From Bigelowiella natans CCMP2755 (taxonomy: Eukaryota > Protista > Cercozoa), in the NCBI GenBank assembly GCA_000320545.1, contig ADNK01000824.1:65714-129713 (forward strand): a stretch of DNA of 64,000 bases. The letters run 5' to 3'. Within the stretch, counting starts at the first letter, position 1. Every line of letters starts with the position of its first letter. This document shows, piece by piece, positions 26,439 to 39,394 of the stretch. Both the position numbers and the translations under genes were made by a program. The notes under the pieces were generated by a model. The model did no database searches. It was given only the letters and a program-made list of their open reading frames with translations, and was not told the origin of the DNA.

Positions 26439-28366
26439 AAGAGAGTGATACACACACACCAATACATATTGCACACTCTCGCCTCTTCCATATGTAATAG
26501 TACCAAGGATACGATGTGGTTGCGGCGCAGCTCTAGGTTCTTCAGCACAGCTAAATCCCCAATGCTTTCAGGTAAAGACGTCAGCATATTCCCCGCGAGC
26601 GACATGGTAGAGATCCTGCTCAACTGGCCCAATTCGTCCGGAAGGGAAACGAGATCACTCGATTTGATCACGAGCTGCTGCAGATTGGCCAAGCTGCAAA
26701 ACGACTTCGGCAGCTGGAAACTTCCACGTGAAATGTAAGAAAGCAGCTCTGGTCCTGAGTAGGAGGGAGGAGGGGGGGGAGGAGGAGGAGGAGGGGGAAA
26801 TGCCTCGGTCTCCGTCATTCTCTTCTACCTTCCCCTCATCACTGAGGAAGTTGTTGGAGAAATTGAAAGTCTGGAGTCGGGAAAGAATATTGGTACAACG
26901 CCGATCGCCAGTCCCGTTCTCCTCTCCCCCCCCCCCCCCAAGAGTCTCTGGTAGCGAGAACAACTGATTGCTGTCAAGATTCAGGTGTACGAGCGACGGC
27001 AGCCTGCCGATCTCGTCGGGAATGTTGGTAAGCATGTTGGTGGCGCAGTCGAGGGTGTGCAGACGCTGCAGAGGTGAGAAGACGCTCTTCCCTGGAAGGG
27101 AGACAAGCTTGTTCCGAGACACCTTCATCACCTCCAACCGGGTCAGCTTGCCCAACTGGATCGGGAGCGACCGAAGCTTGTTCCAATGGAGATTTAGATG
27201 GCGGAGCTGCTGCAGCCGTCCGATCGTCGGTGGGACGACTTCCAGCATGTTAACGCTGAGATCAAGGGAGGTGAGCTGCGCGAATTCCCATGCCCACTCA
27301 GGTATGCGCCGCAGCTTCCTGTCGGCCGGGTGCTTGTAAACACCTCGCCTTTGCAAGATCACCTCCCACGATCTCATAGCAAACCTGATGATTCGTTGTG
27401 CTGTCGCCACTTCAAAATCGTCATCCTCGTTATCATCTGCCTCCCCATCTTCTTCTTCTTCTTCTTCCCAGCGTTGCTGCTCCTGAGGCTTTGGAGGAGC
27501 TTCTTCGTGATCATCCGCTCCGCCTTCCTCCCTTTTCCGCATCTCAAATAGCTCGGTACCTGAATATAGAGCATGGGAGACGGTGGGGATGGGGAGGGCA
27601 TCTTCATACGGAAACACAATGCATGCTTCCTCCTCTTCCTCCTCATTATCATCATCATCATCACAATCATCATCAACATCATCACAACCCTCATCAAGAC
27701 CACTGCGACGATACAACTCACAAAATCGCTGCTGACAGTCAAAACACCTAGTCGATCCAGCTGCTTAATGTCCACGGCCGCAGCACTATGACTCCACGGA
27801 GCGTCGTTGAATCTTGCCACAACGTCAAGAATCCTGAGGGCTCTCACTGACAAGGGGCCCGCTCCTCCAGACCGCCTCAGCCGCTGCGATGACTCAAGAC
27901 CGCGTAGCAGAAGCGGCCTAATCTTTGTGCTCCAGCAAGATGATCGTGCTGCTTCACCGTCAACACCGAAGGAGGAGGCGGATGGGGAGGGGGAGGGGGA
28001 GGACGAGGAGGCCGACGACAATGATGGTGGTTGCTTTATGTCTTCTGTTTGGTCCGAAGCAATAGGAATTGGGGAAATACTACTACTACTATTCCCCCCC
28101 CCCCTCCTCCTACTACTACTACTACCACCACGTTGGGCAGCATTAACTTCTACTGTCGCAACGCTGCTGCTACGCGACGATGCTGCCCCACGACGTTTTG
28201 GACGTAGGGGCGGCTCAGGAAGTAGTTTCCTCGCATCGAGTACCAATGCACTCAAGCGCGCCCACTCCATGATATCCATCTCCTTGGAGCGAGGTTCCAG
28301 TAGCAGCAGGGATGTGGATGATGATGACGGCGACGATGGCGATGACGATGACGATGACAATGACAG

Positions 28367-28400
<34 letters not shown>

Positions 28401-29468
28401 GATGGTGCGCTGCTGGTTCTGCCGCTGTTGCTGCCTCTGCTGCCTGTGTTGGAGGTCTTAAATGCAGAGGAGGCCACGCGCACACCGCACGCACCGTCTG
28501 TTGTACACCATCTAAGTATCAAGTCCCAACAGGCATTACTCAGTTGAATCCCGGTTGCATCGAGGGCGTGAGACAGCACGAGTCTTAGGTGTCGCCGAGC
28601 GATTGTTTGGGGTAAAAGGTAGCTGCTGCCTTTGTTGTGTAAATTGGTGGCTGCATCACTGCTGCCTATATTCTTCCATCCCTTTCTTTTCCCTATTCGT
28701 CACATCACAACAACAAGAAGAGGAACAAGAACAACCAGGAGAGGAAGAAGTAGAAAAGATAGTCTTTCATTCATGATTCTCCTCCTCGTCCTCGTCGATA
28801 ACGTGGCATACTACATGCCCATGCGCAGAAAATAATCCATGATTGCATCTTTAAAACTTCTACACCATCACAGTCATCATTACCTCAATGAAAACAACAA
28901 CAACAACAAAACCAAAAAAGCACATTAAAAAAAAATCCAGGAAAAACTGCCTGAGAAGTTCCGCCGGCAGCCTCGAATATAGCACTGCGACCAGGAAAAA
29001 TTGGGAGGGTTTTGAAAGCGGCAGAGCCTAGATTGCCACGACCGAAGACGCGCCGCGTCCCTTACAAGCTGTGGATCACCGTATCCCTTCGTCTCTGGAC
29101 CGGCCTTCTCCTTCCAGAGTTTCTCGACGAGGGTCACGTAGGTGAGGGGGTTCAGCTGCTGCGACTGGAGGTTAAAACCGGCGATGACAGTTTCGAAGTA
29201 CGACATGCTGATCCCACCGAATGACATGTACCTTCAGATATATAGGAAGACGGGCGGGGGGGGAAAGAAAGGGAGAGAGGATGGAGAGTTGGGCCATGCC
29301 CATCAGCAGCGTGTAAGTGCATACTAGGTATAATAGTGGAGATAAACAACGAGCATGGAAGAAAGAGCGTATGTTGGCGTGTGAGAGGGAGAACGATTCT
29401 TGGCATGCTGACCACGGATACAGCAGCTACTACCACAATGCTCCTCCTACTCACTATCTAAACATATG

Positions 29469-29514
<46 letters not shown>

Positions 29515-32106
29515 CATAACATACCAGAGCAAACTCCACAACGCCTCAGACCAGGTGCCCTCGAGATGGAAAAGCGATGCTAGTCGGTGTTGCCGATCTA
29601 CCCATTCCTGATTGCTGGCCTCGCGTTTACTCAAACATTGCGCCTTTCGAAGTGCCTCGAGAGCTGCCACCGCAAGGTGATGCTGCCTTTTCCCTGTGCA
29701 GCGTTGAAATGAGTAGTATTAGTGTAAGAAGCACTACTGCTACCGCTGCTAGTTCTGCTACTATTATAACTACTACAACAGCTACTACTACTAGCACCCA
29801 TTTGGACCCGCTCATTGTCCTTCTTCTCGCTTCCCCCCCCCCCCCCCCCCCCCTACTACCACCAGGTTTCGTGCCGATGATAGTCGTTGTCGGTGTTGTC
29901 GCCTTCTTTGCATCGCCACACTCACAGTGCTCGAGCAGCAGCTGATCCCATACGCTGCCGTCAACGATGAAACGTGGAAAGCCAAAGCTCCTGAACAGGT
30001 CGGCAGCAACGCCCTCGCCCCAGAACCGTCTTGACCTCGCCTCAAACCGCCTCCCCATCAGGCAATTGAAGAAATCGGCCAGGCGGACTGGAAGCTGATC
30101 GATTGTCGAGCGGCGAAGGAGGTCCTTCAGCTTATGCTTGAGGGACCTCGACACCATCTCCGCCATGATCCTGCTGTGGATCATATAGACGCCTGACTCT
30201 CTCTTCGTGTTTGCAGAGATAATCACGTCCCCACCCATCTTGCCACGCAGTGCCGTCACCTTGGTCATGAACTCCTCCTTCCTGGGATGGAGCAGGACGA
30301 GCAGGAGGTGCCGGATTGGAAGCCCAACCTGGTGAAGAATGGCGGCCACATCGACGTGTCGAGGAACTTCAGCACCATCTCGTCGTCAGATCGGGCGGGA
30401 TCTCATTCAGAATCTGACGCCTCCTCCACCTCCTTCATTATGGCGCGCACGGCTTTCTCCACCGTTACGCTGCACATGTGTCGCCTTCGAGAGGAGAGAG
30501 GCAAGAGGAGAGAGGCGGGAGGAGGAGGGGGAGGATAAGGGGGACGAACGGATGAGTGCAACTGTCTTCTTCTCCTTATTCCTTCCTCTTTTCACCATTA
30601 CTATCGTCACACCACCACCACCACCACCATGCCATCGTCATCATCATCATCATCATCATTATTGTCGTCATCATCATCATCATCATTATCATCATCATCA
30701 TTATTGTCGTCATCATCATCATCATCATGACCACCACCATTCAGCTGCACGACATACGTAAGTACGTACGTGGCTTGGCTGAGATTCTCGAAGTGGATCT
30801 TCCTTTGGCGTGCCCCCCATCCTGTGAAGGTGTCGGAGCTCAGAGCCGGCAGCTGTGCATCCCTCATTTCACGCCTTAGAAACTCTGGGCGCAGCATGCG
30901 AAAGAACACGCTGCTGTGTACTGGACGAAGATGAGTAGTTTCCCTTGGGTCCTCAGGGGGTGCCCACCTCGCCAGATCTAACAAGTCTGATAAGGAACGT
31001 GGTGTATATAATAATATGTGTGTATGTGTGTGGCCAACGACAAAGAAGTCATACTACTGCTGATGACAATGATGGTGGTGGGTGGTGATGATGATGACGA
31101 TGGTGATAGGGTATTGAAAATCAACACATCAGAAGACATCTGATCGTCGTTAGATATGCTGCTGCACAGTGCCTGATGCTCAACTAAAATAAAGAAGATA
31201 CAGTGTCGGTATTGGCGGTTCTGACTGCTGCCATGATATATCCTCTTCCTGCCATGCTTTCTCTCCTCCTTCTCCTCCTCCTCCTCCTCCTCTTTGTCTT
31301 CTTCTTCCTCCTCGGCGCGTTCTTGTGATGGCGGTGAGCAGCTGCTGCCTAATGAACACCTCAAGGACGAAGCTGGATTAGCGACACGGTGGCCCTCCAC
31401 ATCTCCCTAATGGCAAATGTATTGGCAGCAGAGCCTGACTTAAATCATTGAGTCGATGGGACTGTCTACTTTGTGAAATGCATCGATGATGACATTCTAT
31501 TCTTCTTTGCTCTGCGCAGCTCGTCGCGCGCAGCATATTCACATTATTGGGAAACATTGGCTTTCCAGAAATGGTTTGTGGAAAAAACAAGCCATTGACA
31601 ACCACGCAACACAGCAGGATCAATCACCCCTGTCCAAAGCATGGTTCCGTGCACGTTGTGCTTGGCCAGATGCAGCTCAGCAGCTGCCTGTTGGATGCTT
31701 CTAGAGAAGGCCGCATCTGCATTTCGTATCGTTCTTCCACCGTCGTTGGATCCATACACAAGCTCGCTGCCTTCGATCGGGAGAATGGGCATGGCTACAA
31801 CGCCTGAATGGTAGTTGTCAAGTTATCTCTAGCCTCTTCCTCCTCCTCCTCCTCCTCCCCCCCATCATCATCCAACAGCAATGGTTTGTCAACTTGGGGT
31901 GCGGGGAGACTTACGAAAGCCTCTGTAGTCGACGATTTTCTGCCACGGTACTTGGATGCGGATACCCTGTTTCAGGAAGAACTGGAAGGGGGGGAGGGGA
32001 TGTTAAAAGATAATAGCAATAGTGAGGAGGGATATTCTGAAATAGCTAATGGCAGTAGTATAGTGGTAGTAGTCCATTGTACATTTCTCCATGTTTAACG
32101 ACTCCT

Positions 32107-32147
<41 letters not shown>

Positions 32148-32422
32148 TGTGTGTGTGTGTGTATACAATGCGCAATTGATGATTTGTTTGTTGTTTGAGC
32201 ACCGTAAAGAAAGCGTTGGCTCCATGCAGTTCGTGAGCAGCTGATTTTGACGCTCTGTCGAGGTCAGGGACCTCCCCACCAAACAGATAATCACCCCCTT
32301 TCACGGGATCTACGGCCAGTTTGAAGAGAAATCCTTCCGCCATAACTTTCATAAATTTAGGACGCAATACATATTCGTTTGCACACATAATACATACTTA
32401 TGTATTTTCCCTTCACATTGAC

Positions 32423-32461
<39 letters not shown>

Positions 32462-32503
32462 ATTTATTATTTTTGGTTTGTGGACCCTCATACAGAGATA
32501 GTG

Positions 32504-32535
<32 letters not shown>

Positions 32536-33613
32536 GCCATTATCCGTCTATTCGTAAATCATCTGCACTGGGTATGCTATAGTCACTGCCTCTACTATGT
32601 TTCAAGAGGAGGAGGAGGAGGAGGAGAAGGAGGAGGAGGAGGAGGAGGAAAATAGGCTAATCGCACACACATTTAGTGCCTCCTGCTAATCCGCCAACAT
32701 CAAGTGGAACGTATTTCCTCTTCTTTTCCTCCATCGACATCGTTGGTACATTTGAGTTTTTCCTTTGGGACTCTTGAGATGCCATTCTCTCACGCTCCGT
32801 CCTTCCCTTCCTTTCCTTTGATGATCCGAAGCTCATAAGTGCTGAATGAATAAAAGAAGCGCATCTGGGCATAAAAACGTTAAGCATTTACCACACACTG
32901 GTTCTTATTATATGCAACTGCTGTTGTAGTCGTAAGCACAGAATTCTATCTCCTTTCTGTGCATTCGAATTCATATCCTGTCTGTGTCTCTTCAATTCAA
33001 AGATTCTTTAAAACACCATCGGCCATCTTAGCCACTCTGCTATGACTACTTACTACCTCGCCATTCGTTGTGGTTTTCGTCGACTATTTCCCTCGCAATG
33101 GGAACCGCAACTGCATGTAATTAAACAAGCAGGAAAAGGAGTGACGATGGAGATTATTTGGACACAAACAATACTGTCGGGAGGGAAGATAGATAGATGC
33201 TCAGCAGAACATTTTGAAATGGGAGAATATTGTGAAGCGCCAAATATATCTAAATATGTTAATAAAAATATATGATTCATCACCAATTTCTCCGCTTAAT
33301 ATAATTCGGCTCAAAAGTATTCATCGAAGAAGCTTAAGAATCCACCGCCACCACCACCACCAAAGACATATAAATTTGAGTCGTAGCAACACGTACAACC
33401 CTTGTGCATCTCGGATTGAAGTTTCGAGAGGAGCACCAACATCTCGCTCACAGTTTTGCATTCGAGTAGGTTATCGTAGCCTTCCGCCCACTTTGTGTTG
33501 TCATATCTGGGTAAAGGAGCACATGATGATGATCATTAAAAACAGGCTAGAATGATAACGAAGAAAGAAGATGATGAAGCTGATGATAATGATTGTAACA
33601 GCGACGATGATGG

Positions 33614-33644
<31 letters not shown>

Positions 33645-34282
33645 AAGAAATATGTGAAATGTCCATGTAAGGATGTATCTAAACAAGGAGGGACGAGCAT
33701 ATCTTGGAGAACACCCACATATCACTCAACGCACCGCAATTTAAAATTTGCGTGACTCTGTGAGCGACGGTCCCCAGTAGCGGCAGAAGGTTTGCTAGAA
33801 TCGAGGTCTCCAGGTTCAGCACATAGATTCTGATCGGAAATGGCAGCCAAAATCACAGGTGCGATTTCTCTTTGTATGGCCGTTTCTGTAAGATAGGGTG
33901 ATGCTGACATACCAATTTATACGAATAGAGGAAGTTTTTGTCCCGCTTTTGGTACGCTTTCGCCCATTCTGGTTTACCCTGATCAGGGTGACATAAAGTG
34001 CATATTATTCATTCAATCTTTGCTCTAATCAAGAAAACAAATAAACCGGACGTCAAAATAACATGAGATCGTCAATTGGAAAATTATGAGCACCTTATCT
34101 GAGTTTGTACTCGCTTTTATCGATTCTGGACTATCGCCTGACTCCCCAGCTTGCGCCGAATTCGCTGGAGGCAGGCTCTCTGTGACAGCAGCCCCATCTC
34201 GAGAATTTTGGTCAGATGGATCGACACCCGAAGCTATTCCCTTCTTTTCATCTTTCTTCGGATTTTTGACATACGCGTACAT
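25376..34282 (-). CDS. Large Clu (clustered-mitochondria) domain protein with C-terminal leucine-rich repeats; start uncertain
   Basis: Clu-type motifs DVGGLAGGTK, FLFKLAVD, ASKSAAHELHG, IVDYRGFR-LVAMPILPI, LVYGSNDGGRT, DVEGH, LDLARWAPPE, FRMLRPEF, LSSDTFT, LHQVGLPIRHL, AEMVSRSLK. These are followed by many LxxLxLxxNxLxxLP repeats (25700-27300). Confidence 0.8.
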
Positions 34283-34772
34283 TATTCTCGTCCTATTTTC
34301 TCACGCACAGCTGATACATCCGGGCTCTCCCACCCTGAAACTGTGCTGCCTGGTGTCCATAAAATGTGGCATCGACACACAGCTGCTAATTCTCATGGTG
34401 CGACAAACTTTACTTCTTGTCGCAGAGAGATGATGACCAGTATTCACGCCCTGCTCATTGGCTTGCTGTGCTCGGAAGATTCTAGCTATGTTCTAGCTTG
34501 TTGTTATTGTTATTGTTGTGGTCACCAGCGGACGCCCTTCGCAAAGTTACAGCCAGAAATATCGTAATTATTCCTGGAATAATAATGTAATAAGAGAGAG
34601 AAAAAGCCAGCCGCTTATTACTAAAAAAACGCCGAGGATCATCGCAAAAGGTGTTACTTTGATAACAAGGAATTCTTGGTCATGACAGATATTTCTGATA
34701 ATATTTTATCGGCTTAACAACAGCTTGAATCGACTTCGATCGCATCGATTTTTGCCACGAACAAATGGAGCA

Positions 34773-36872
34773 ATGAAGAAGAAATCCTCCCCCCGCGACG
34801 CCGAACCAGGAGGCTCGCAGATGCCCGAGACGCCCTCAGAAGGTTGGAGTTTTTGGGAGGGGGAAGTGAAAACAGAGGGAAAGAGGGTCGAAGCAAAGAA
34901 ACGGAGAAAGAGAGAGTAGGGGGTGGGGCAGAACGAACAGGCACAGTGTGAGTACGCCGCAGTGACTACAACACAAACATGCGTGTGGATAATGTGCTAC
35001 TTCGCATGAGTCGATCTCCTCGTGAGCTTGAATCGTGCGGCAGTGTAGACGTGAGAACAGCCAGGCCAGAGAGGGATGAGCTTGAATTCAAACGTAAGAG
35101 TTCCTTTACTCCCGAAACTAGGCAAGCGGGAGCTTGGACCACGTCTCCCCTCAGACCCAGAACTCAATTTTGCGTCTGCTAGATTCAATCCAGACAAAGC
35201 TCTACGTGAGGATTCAATTGCTATACCGGTACCATTTTCCGGGATGTGAGCGTATGGGGCGTTTATTAAAGAGAGTTGCTAGATAAGCAGCTTTTCAATT
35301 CGGCCAAATTGGGGTGTGGTTCTACGTGATCCCCCTCCCAACTTGTGTGCTGCATCATCAGGTCCAGGATGCACCGACACGCGACCATCTGTCGGCATGT
35401 CGCAGCCTTCTTCCGCAAACGGATGACGACTATGTGCCAGCTAAGTAAATGCTAGTCTAGCTGATGATAATGATACATTCCTAAAGATCTTCGAGTCCGA
35501 GAGTTTATTGGCGCTCGCAGAATATTTCGTTCCCTCCACATTTCTCACAGAAATAGTTAACGATTGTGGTCTGTGTGTGGTGCAGAAAACCCAGCGCTGC
35601 TCGTGCTAATGATAAAGGTAGTTTCTCGTGTACCTCCTAGAATCAAGCACATGGTGCCATCGTGACTAGAACCTACTCTTGTGAATATCGAGAAAAAGTA
35701 AGCATTTCTCTCCTTTCGTCTTCTTCCTCTTCGTCGCCCCCTGCTCTACTTTATCACCAGAAACAAAAGGAACGTCACGCCGGTTTCGGAAGAAAATAGT
35801 CAAAGGTATCATTATTTTTACACTATCGTTGGTAGGATACTAATGGCGATTATGATCACGTACCCTTCCCCCCCCCCCCCCCCCTACGATTCCATTCTCA
35901 GATTCTCCAAGAATTTCTTGGAGCCTAGTCCAACAGCGTGTCTGGCGGAGGAATATCGGCGTATGCTATTTAAGGAGGGGGCGTGGGGGGATGAGTTGGG
36001 AGTGTAGCGGCGTGCATGCCAATCGCTGTGAAAGATGAGATATTCGAAGCAACGCAACACCATTGCTTCTAAACTACAAAACATGTTGTTGCAGCGCTGA
36101 TGAATCGCCACGAAGCAAAGAAAGCACAGAAGGAAGGAAGAATGTAAAGACTATATTCTGCGAGCGCCAATAAACTCTCGAAGTGTATCTTGATATAGAG
36201 TGCGTATTGATAGTGGGAGTTGTGTTGTCATACAGATACGGCCCGCTCAGCGTACTCCGAAATCTTTTCATAGAGTAATTGCAACACAAATGACTTGAAG
36301 CCATACAACTAGGGACACACTCGGTGGAGCTGTCGTTGTAATATTGTGTGTCAATGAAAATCAGCCATGCTTACATGCACATCTTTAATTAGGAAAAAAA
36401 GGGCGCGGGTTCTTATACGAGGTGTGAAGAGAATAAAAGCCAAGGTTACTGGATATCTACGGGCATTTGACAAGCACTGCAACATGGTGAAAGAAAGATG
36501 AATTAGTATAATATTTCAAGCAGCTTTTGCTGCTGCGTAGTCTCCCCAACGTTCCTATCAAAATGTCACAAATCACTTCGTTCAGATTCTCTTCGACGTA
36601 CTCGAGACTTCTACGCTGCGATTAGCAGAAACTCCCCTAAAGTAAGCTGCATGCCTGCGATAGTAGAGATGATAATACTTTTGTAGAAGGGATGGAGTAT
36701 GTCCAGATTTCCTAACTTTTCGCCCAAAAACATTATTTACTCTTGCAGATCTCGTCACATGAACCAGCTTTTTATAAGGGGGGAGAATGTTGTAGTTGTT
36801 AGTATGGATCCTACAGCGTCTGGTAACGATGAAAATGATCAGGAAAAAGGAGGGGGAAGTAATGGTCGATGA
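34773..36872 (+). CDS. LSM11: U7 snRNA-associated Sm-like protein LSm11 (not visible in the ORF track)
   Basis: Spliced exons: DPELNFASARFNPDKAL..IAIP|VQDAPTRDHLSACRSLLP (Lsm11 N-terminal motif), YGPLSVLRNLF, RARVLIRGVKRIKAKVTGYLRAFDKHCNM|ILFDVLE (Sm1), SRHMNQLFIRGENVVVVS (Sm2). TGA at 36870-36872. Start (34773 or 34979) uncertain. Confidence 0.85.
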
Positions 36873-36939
36873 CATTAGACGTCCTTCATTATTTATTATC
36901 ATGTTATACATGTATATAAGTGTATATATCTACCAATTA

Positions 36940-37620
36940 AATTATTATCTAGTTATGTGCGATGCGAGTGCTACATGCGAGCATGCAAGCGCTTTCGATG
37001 CTGCATGTTTAATACATAGCATATCAAGATTTATGCATGTCTAGATGTATCCTCTAGAGTCTAGTACATTGTTGCTAGTTAGCTATAATAGACACAGCAA
37101 TACATAGCTAGCTAGGTGTAACGTACTCTAGCTAGCTAGTACTAGCAGATAGCTAGCTAGCTAGATAGCCGTACTACACATACATACTACGCGTACGCTG
37201 CATGTGCTCTAGCGTGGTCTAGCGGAGTACCACTACTAACAAGCAGGCGGACGCACGCTAGCTAGCTAGAGCACAGCATGTGATCTAGTGATGAATCTCT
37301 TTACTAGTACGTATTATATAGTCCATATAGCTCCGTATATGCTGTCATGAGACACAATATCTGCTAGTCTGTCCCATTCTAGCATTGCATCCATCCATCT
37401 AGCTACATCTAGACGTCGTGCACCAACATTGGTCTACATGCACTATAGATATGACTAGATGATGCGACATGCTAGCATGCACACAGCAGCCGCGGAGCAC
37501 GCCGATGCCACGTATACACACATGAAGATAAGTACGTTCGGCAATGTACAATAACTTTACTTCTGGATGTACATGAGACTATTAGACTAGCCATGAGACC
37601 GCATGTACAATTGAAACCCA
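36940..37620. other. Palindrome-rich convergent intergenic spacer (strongest example of 8)
   Basis: Dense CTAG/TAGCTA/GCATGC/TCTAGA/GTAC words and (CTAG)n runs, few homopolymer runs, located between the LSM11 and porin 3' ends. Confidence 0.7.
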
Positions 37621-37854
37621 ATTGCGTTGGTTATCGCAAAGTGGGGTCAAACTCTGCAGAGTCAGTCAAAAATGGAGCAAACGAAAAAGGTTTTGATATT
37701 GTACAAGAAACTAACGAATTGTGCTAGATCGACAGATGATGGAAGACCATTAGCCAACATTGGCAGTCGACAACTCCACAAAGGGATATGAATATCAACT
37801 CTCAAAAATGTAGCCGAGGCTTCAATCGTAGTCGTGGAATGCAAAAAGGCGAAT

Positions 37855-39394
37855 TTAGATCATGGAACCGAGATGAACTTGGACTCCCATTTTTGGCTTC
37901 GCGCCAAGATCATTGAGGTTGACATCTGCACCAGCGCTAACTTCAACACCTGCACGGACCTTGTGGTGGACAGCAACACCAACAGTTCCTGAAGCATCGA
38001 TGCGTCCGGACACGGTGGAAGAGTCATCGAGGGAGTGGGAAACTCCTGCCATGAAATTGTGGCCCTTAGTCTGGAAGTTGTAGCTCCCCTTAGCGGCAAC
38101 TTTTGTGTCTGCGTCAAGAGTCTTGTATGCGGTTGCAGAAACTGTGTCGGTACCCTGAAGCGATCCAGCGATAGAGTAGTCTGGTCCGGAGTACTTCATT
38201 CCGATGCTAACCAAACACAGCAGACGAGAATGCCCAAGTTAATTCACATTCGCAGCGGGAGATTTAACTATTTATAAGTGGCCGCGTAACCAACGATTGT
38301 TTAATATTATATCACAACCTGTGCGCAGATACGCCGTCCTGAGTGCCCTTAACCTCTGCTCCCAGGGAAACTCCATCGAGGTTGTTGATTCCTCCTACTG
38401 CCATGCTTCCGTGGAAAGATCCAAGTGTTTTGTCGGTCAGGCCACCAACACCAAGACTAGCTTTGAAGTTGTCCGAGGTGTACTTGGCTTCTGCATCAAC
38501 CGAAGATCCTCCACTGGAAACCTTCATTTCAAGATCTGCATCCCCCATCTGAACCAAAACGTAGCTCTCGTTAGGGCTGGCGATTCTCACACCTACTATT
38601 GTCTGATCTTTCAACAGTGAAGTCAACCTTTTGGGTGGTTTTTCCGCCGGCACGGATCCTTGATTTATCATCCAGAGAGATGAATCCCTTCAAGTTATCT
38701 CCGAACTGTCTTTCGAGCTCCAAGGAAATGAGGTCGCTTGTCTTTGCGGTGCTGCTGTCGCGGAAACGGATCTCACCTGTGGATCAACGATTATGTTCAG
38801 AAAGGATACTCATATATAACTCCATTCCTAAGTGCGTAAGAGACTCACCGGGTTCGTCAAAGGTCTTGGAAGCGACGACTTTGTTGCTACCGCTGGTTGC
38901 CTCGAGCTTCACCTTGCTGTCCTTGGGAAACTTCTTATCTGAACATCATTGGCCATGACTTGAGTGAAAGTATCTAAATCTCTTTAGATGATTAAAGTAC
39001 CGTCAAGAATTCCTCGAGCATCGGACCCAAAGTCTCCGTAGAATCCCTTTGCATCCGCATACTTCGATCTGTCAAGACAGCGAGTTTAATTAGGCGGGAT
39101 TCATAGCGTGACACCTTCCAGTGCTCACCTGAAGCCAGAATTTGCGTCACAGCCTCCTCTGAGACGGTAGAGGCTGGGGCCACGGTTATATTGCGTGACG
39201 CCTTCTGGATATTCAGAAACCCCGCCTACATTGTAAAAGCAGCCATTACACGAAGTTCCGACGAAGGAATCGAAGAACTAACCTTGGAGGTTTCCGGATC
39301 TTCCGGTTGTAAAGACAACACAGCAAAGAACCACTGCAGCCAAGGCTGCAGGAAGGTAGAGCGAAGATCGGGAGCGACGAGAGCGAGCGAACAT
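37855..39394 (-). CDS. VDAC/Porin_3 family beta-barrel channel with an N-terminal signal-peptide-like leader ending in RLRGG
   Basis: Exon 1 39394-39283 MFARSRRSRSSLYLPAALAAVVLCCVVFTTGRSGNLQ; exon 2 39225-39129 GGVSEYPEGVTQYNRGPSLYRLRGGCDANSGF; then KGFYGDFGSDARGILD (VDAC N-terminal helix). C-terminal strands LDDSSTVSGRIDASGTVGVAVHHKVRAGVEVSAGADVN...KMGVQVHL. All junctions are GT-AG and in phase. Confidence 0.85.

Noticed and set aside
27807-28547. 246-aa plus-strand ORF and many other poly-H/poly-I/YIYI/CVCV/ERER ORFs in the track
   Set aside because: These are antisense shadows of real exons or translations of microsatellites.
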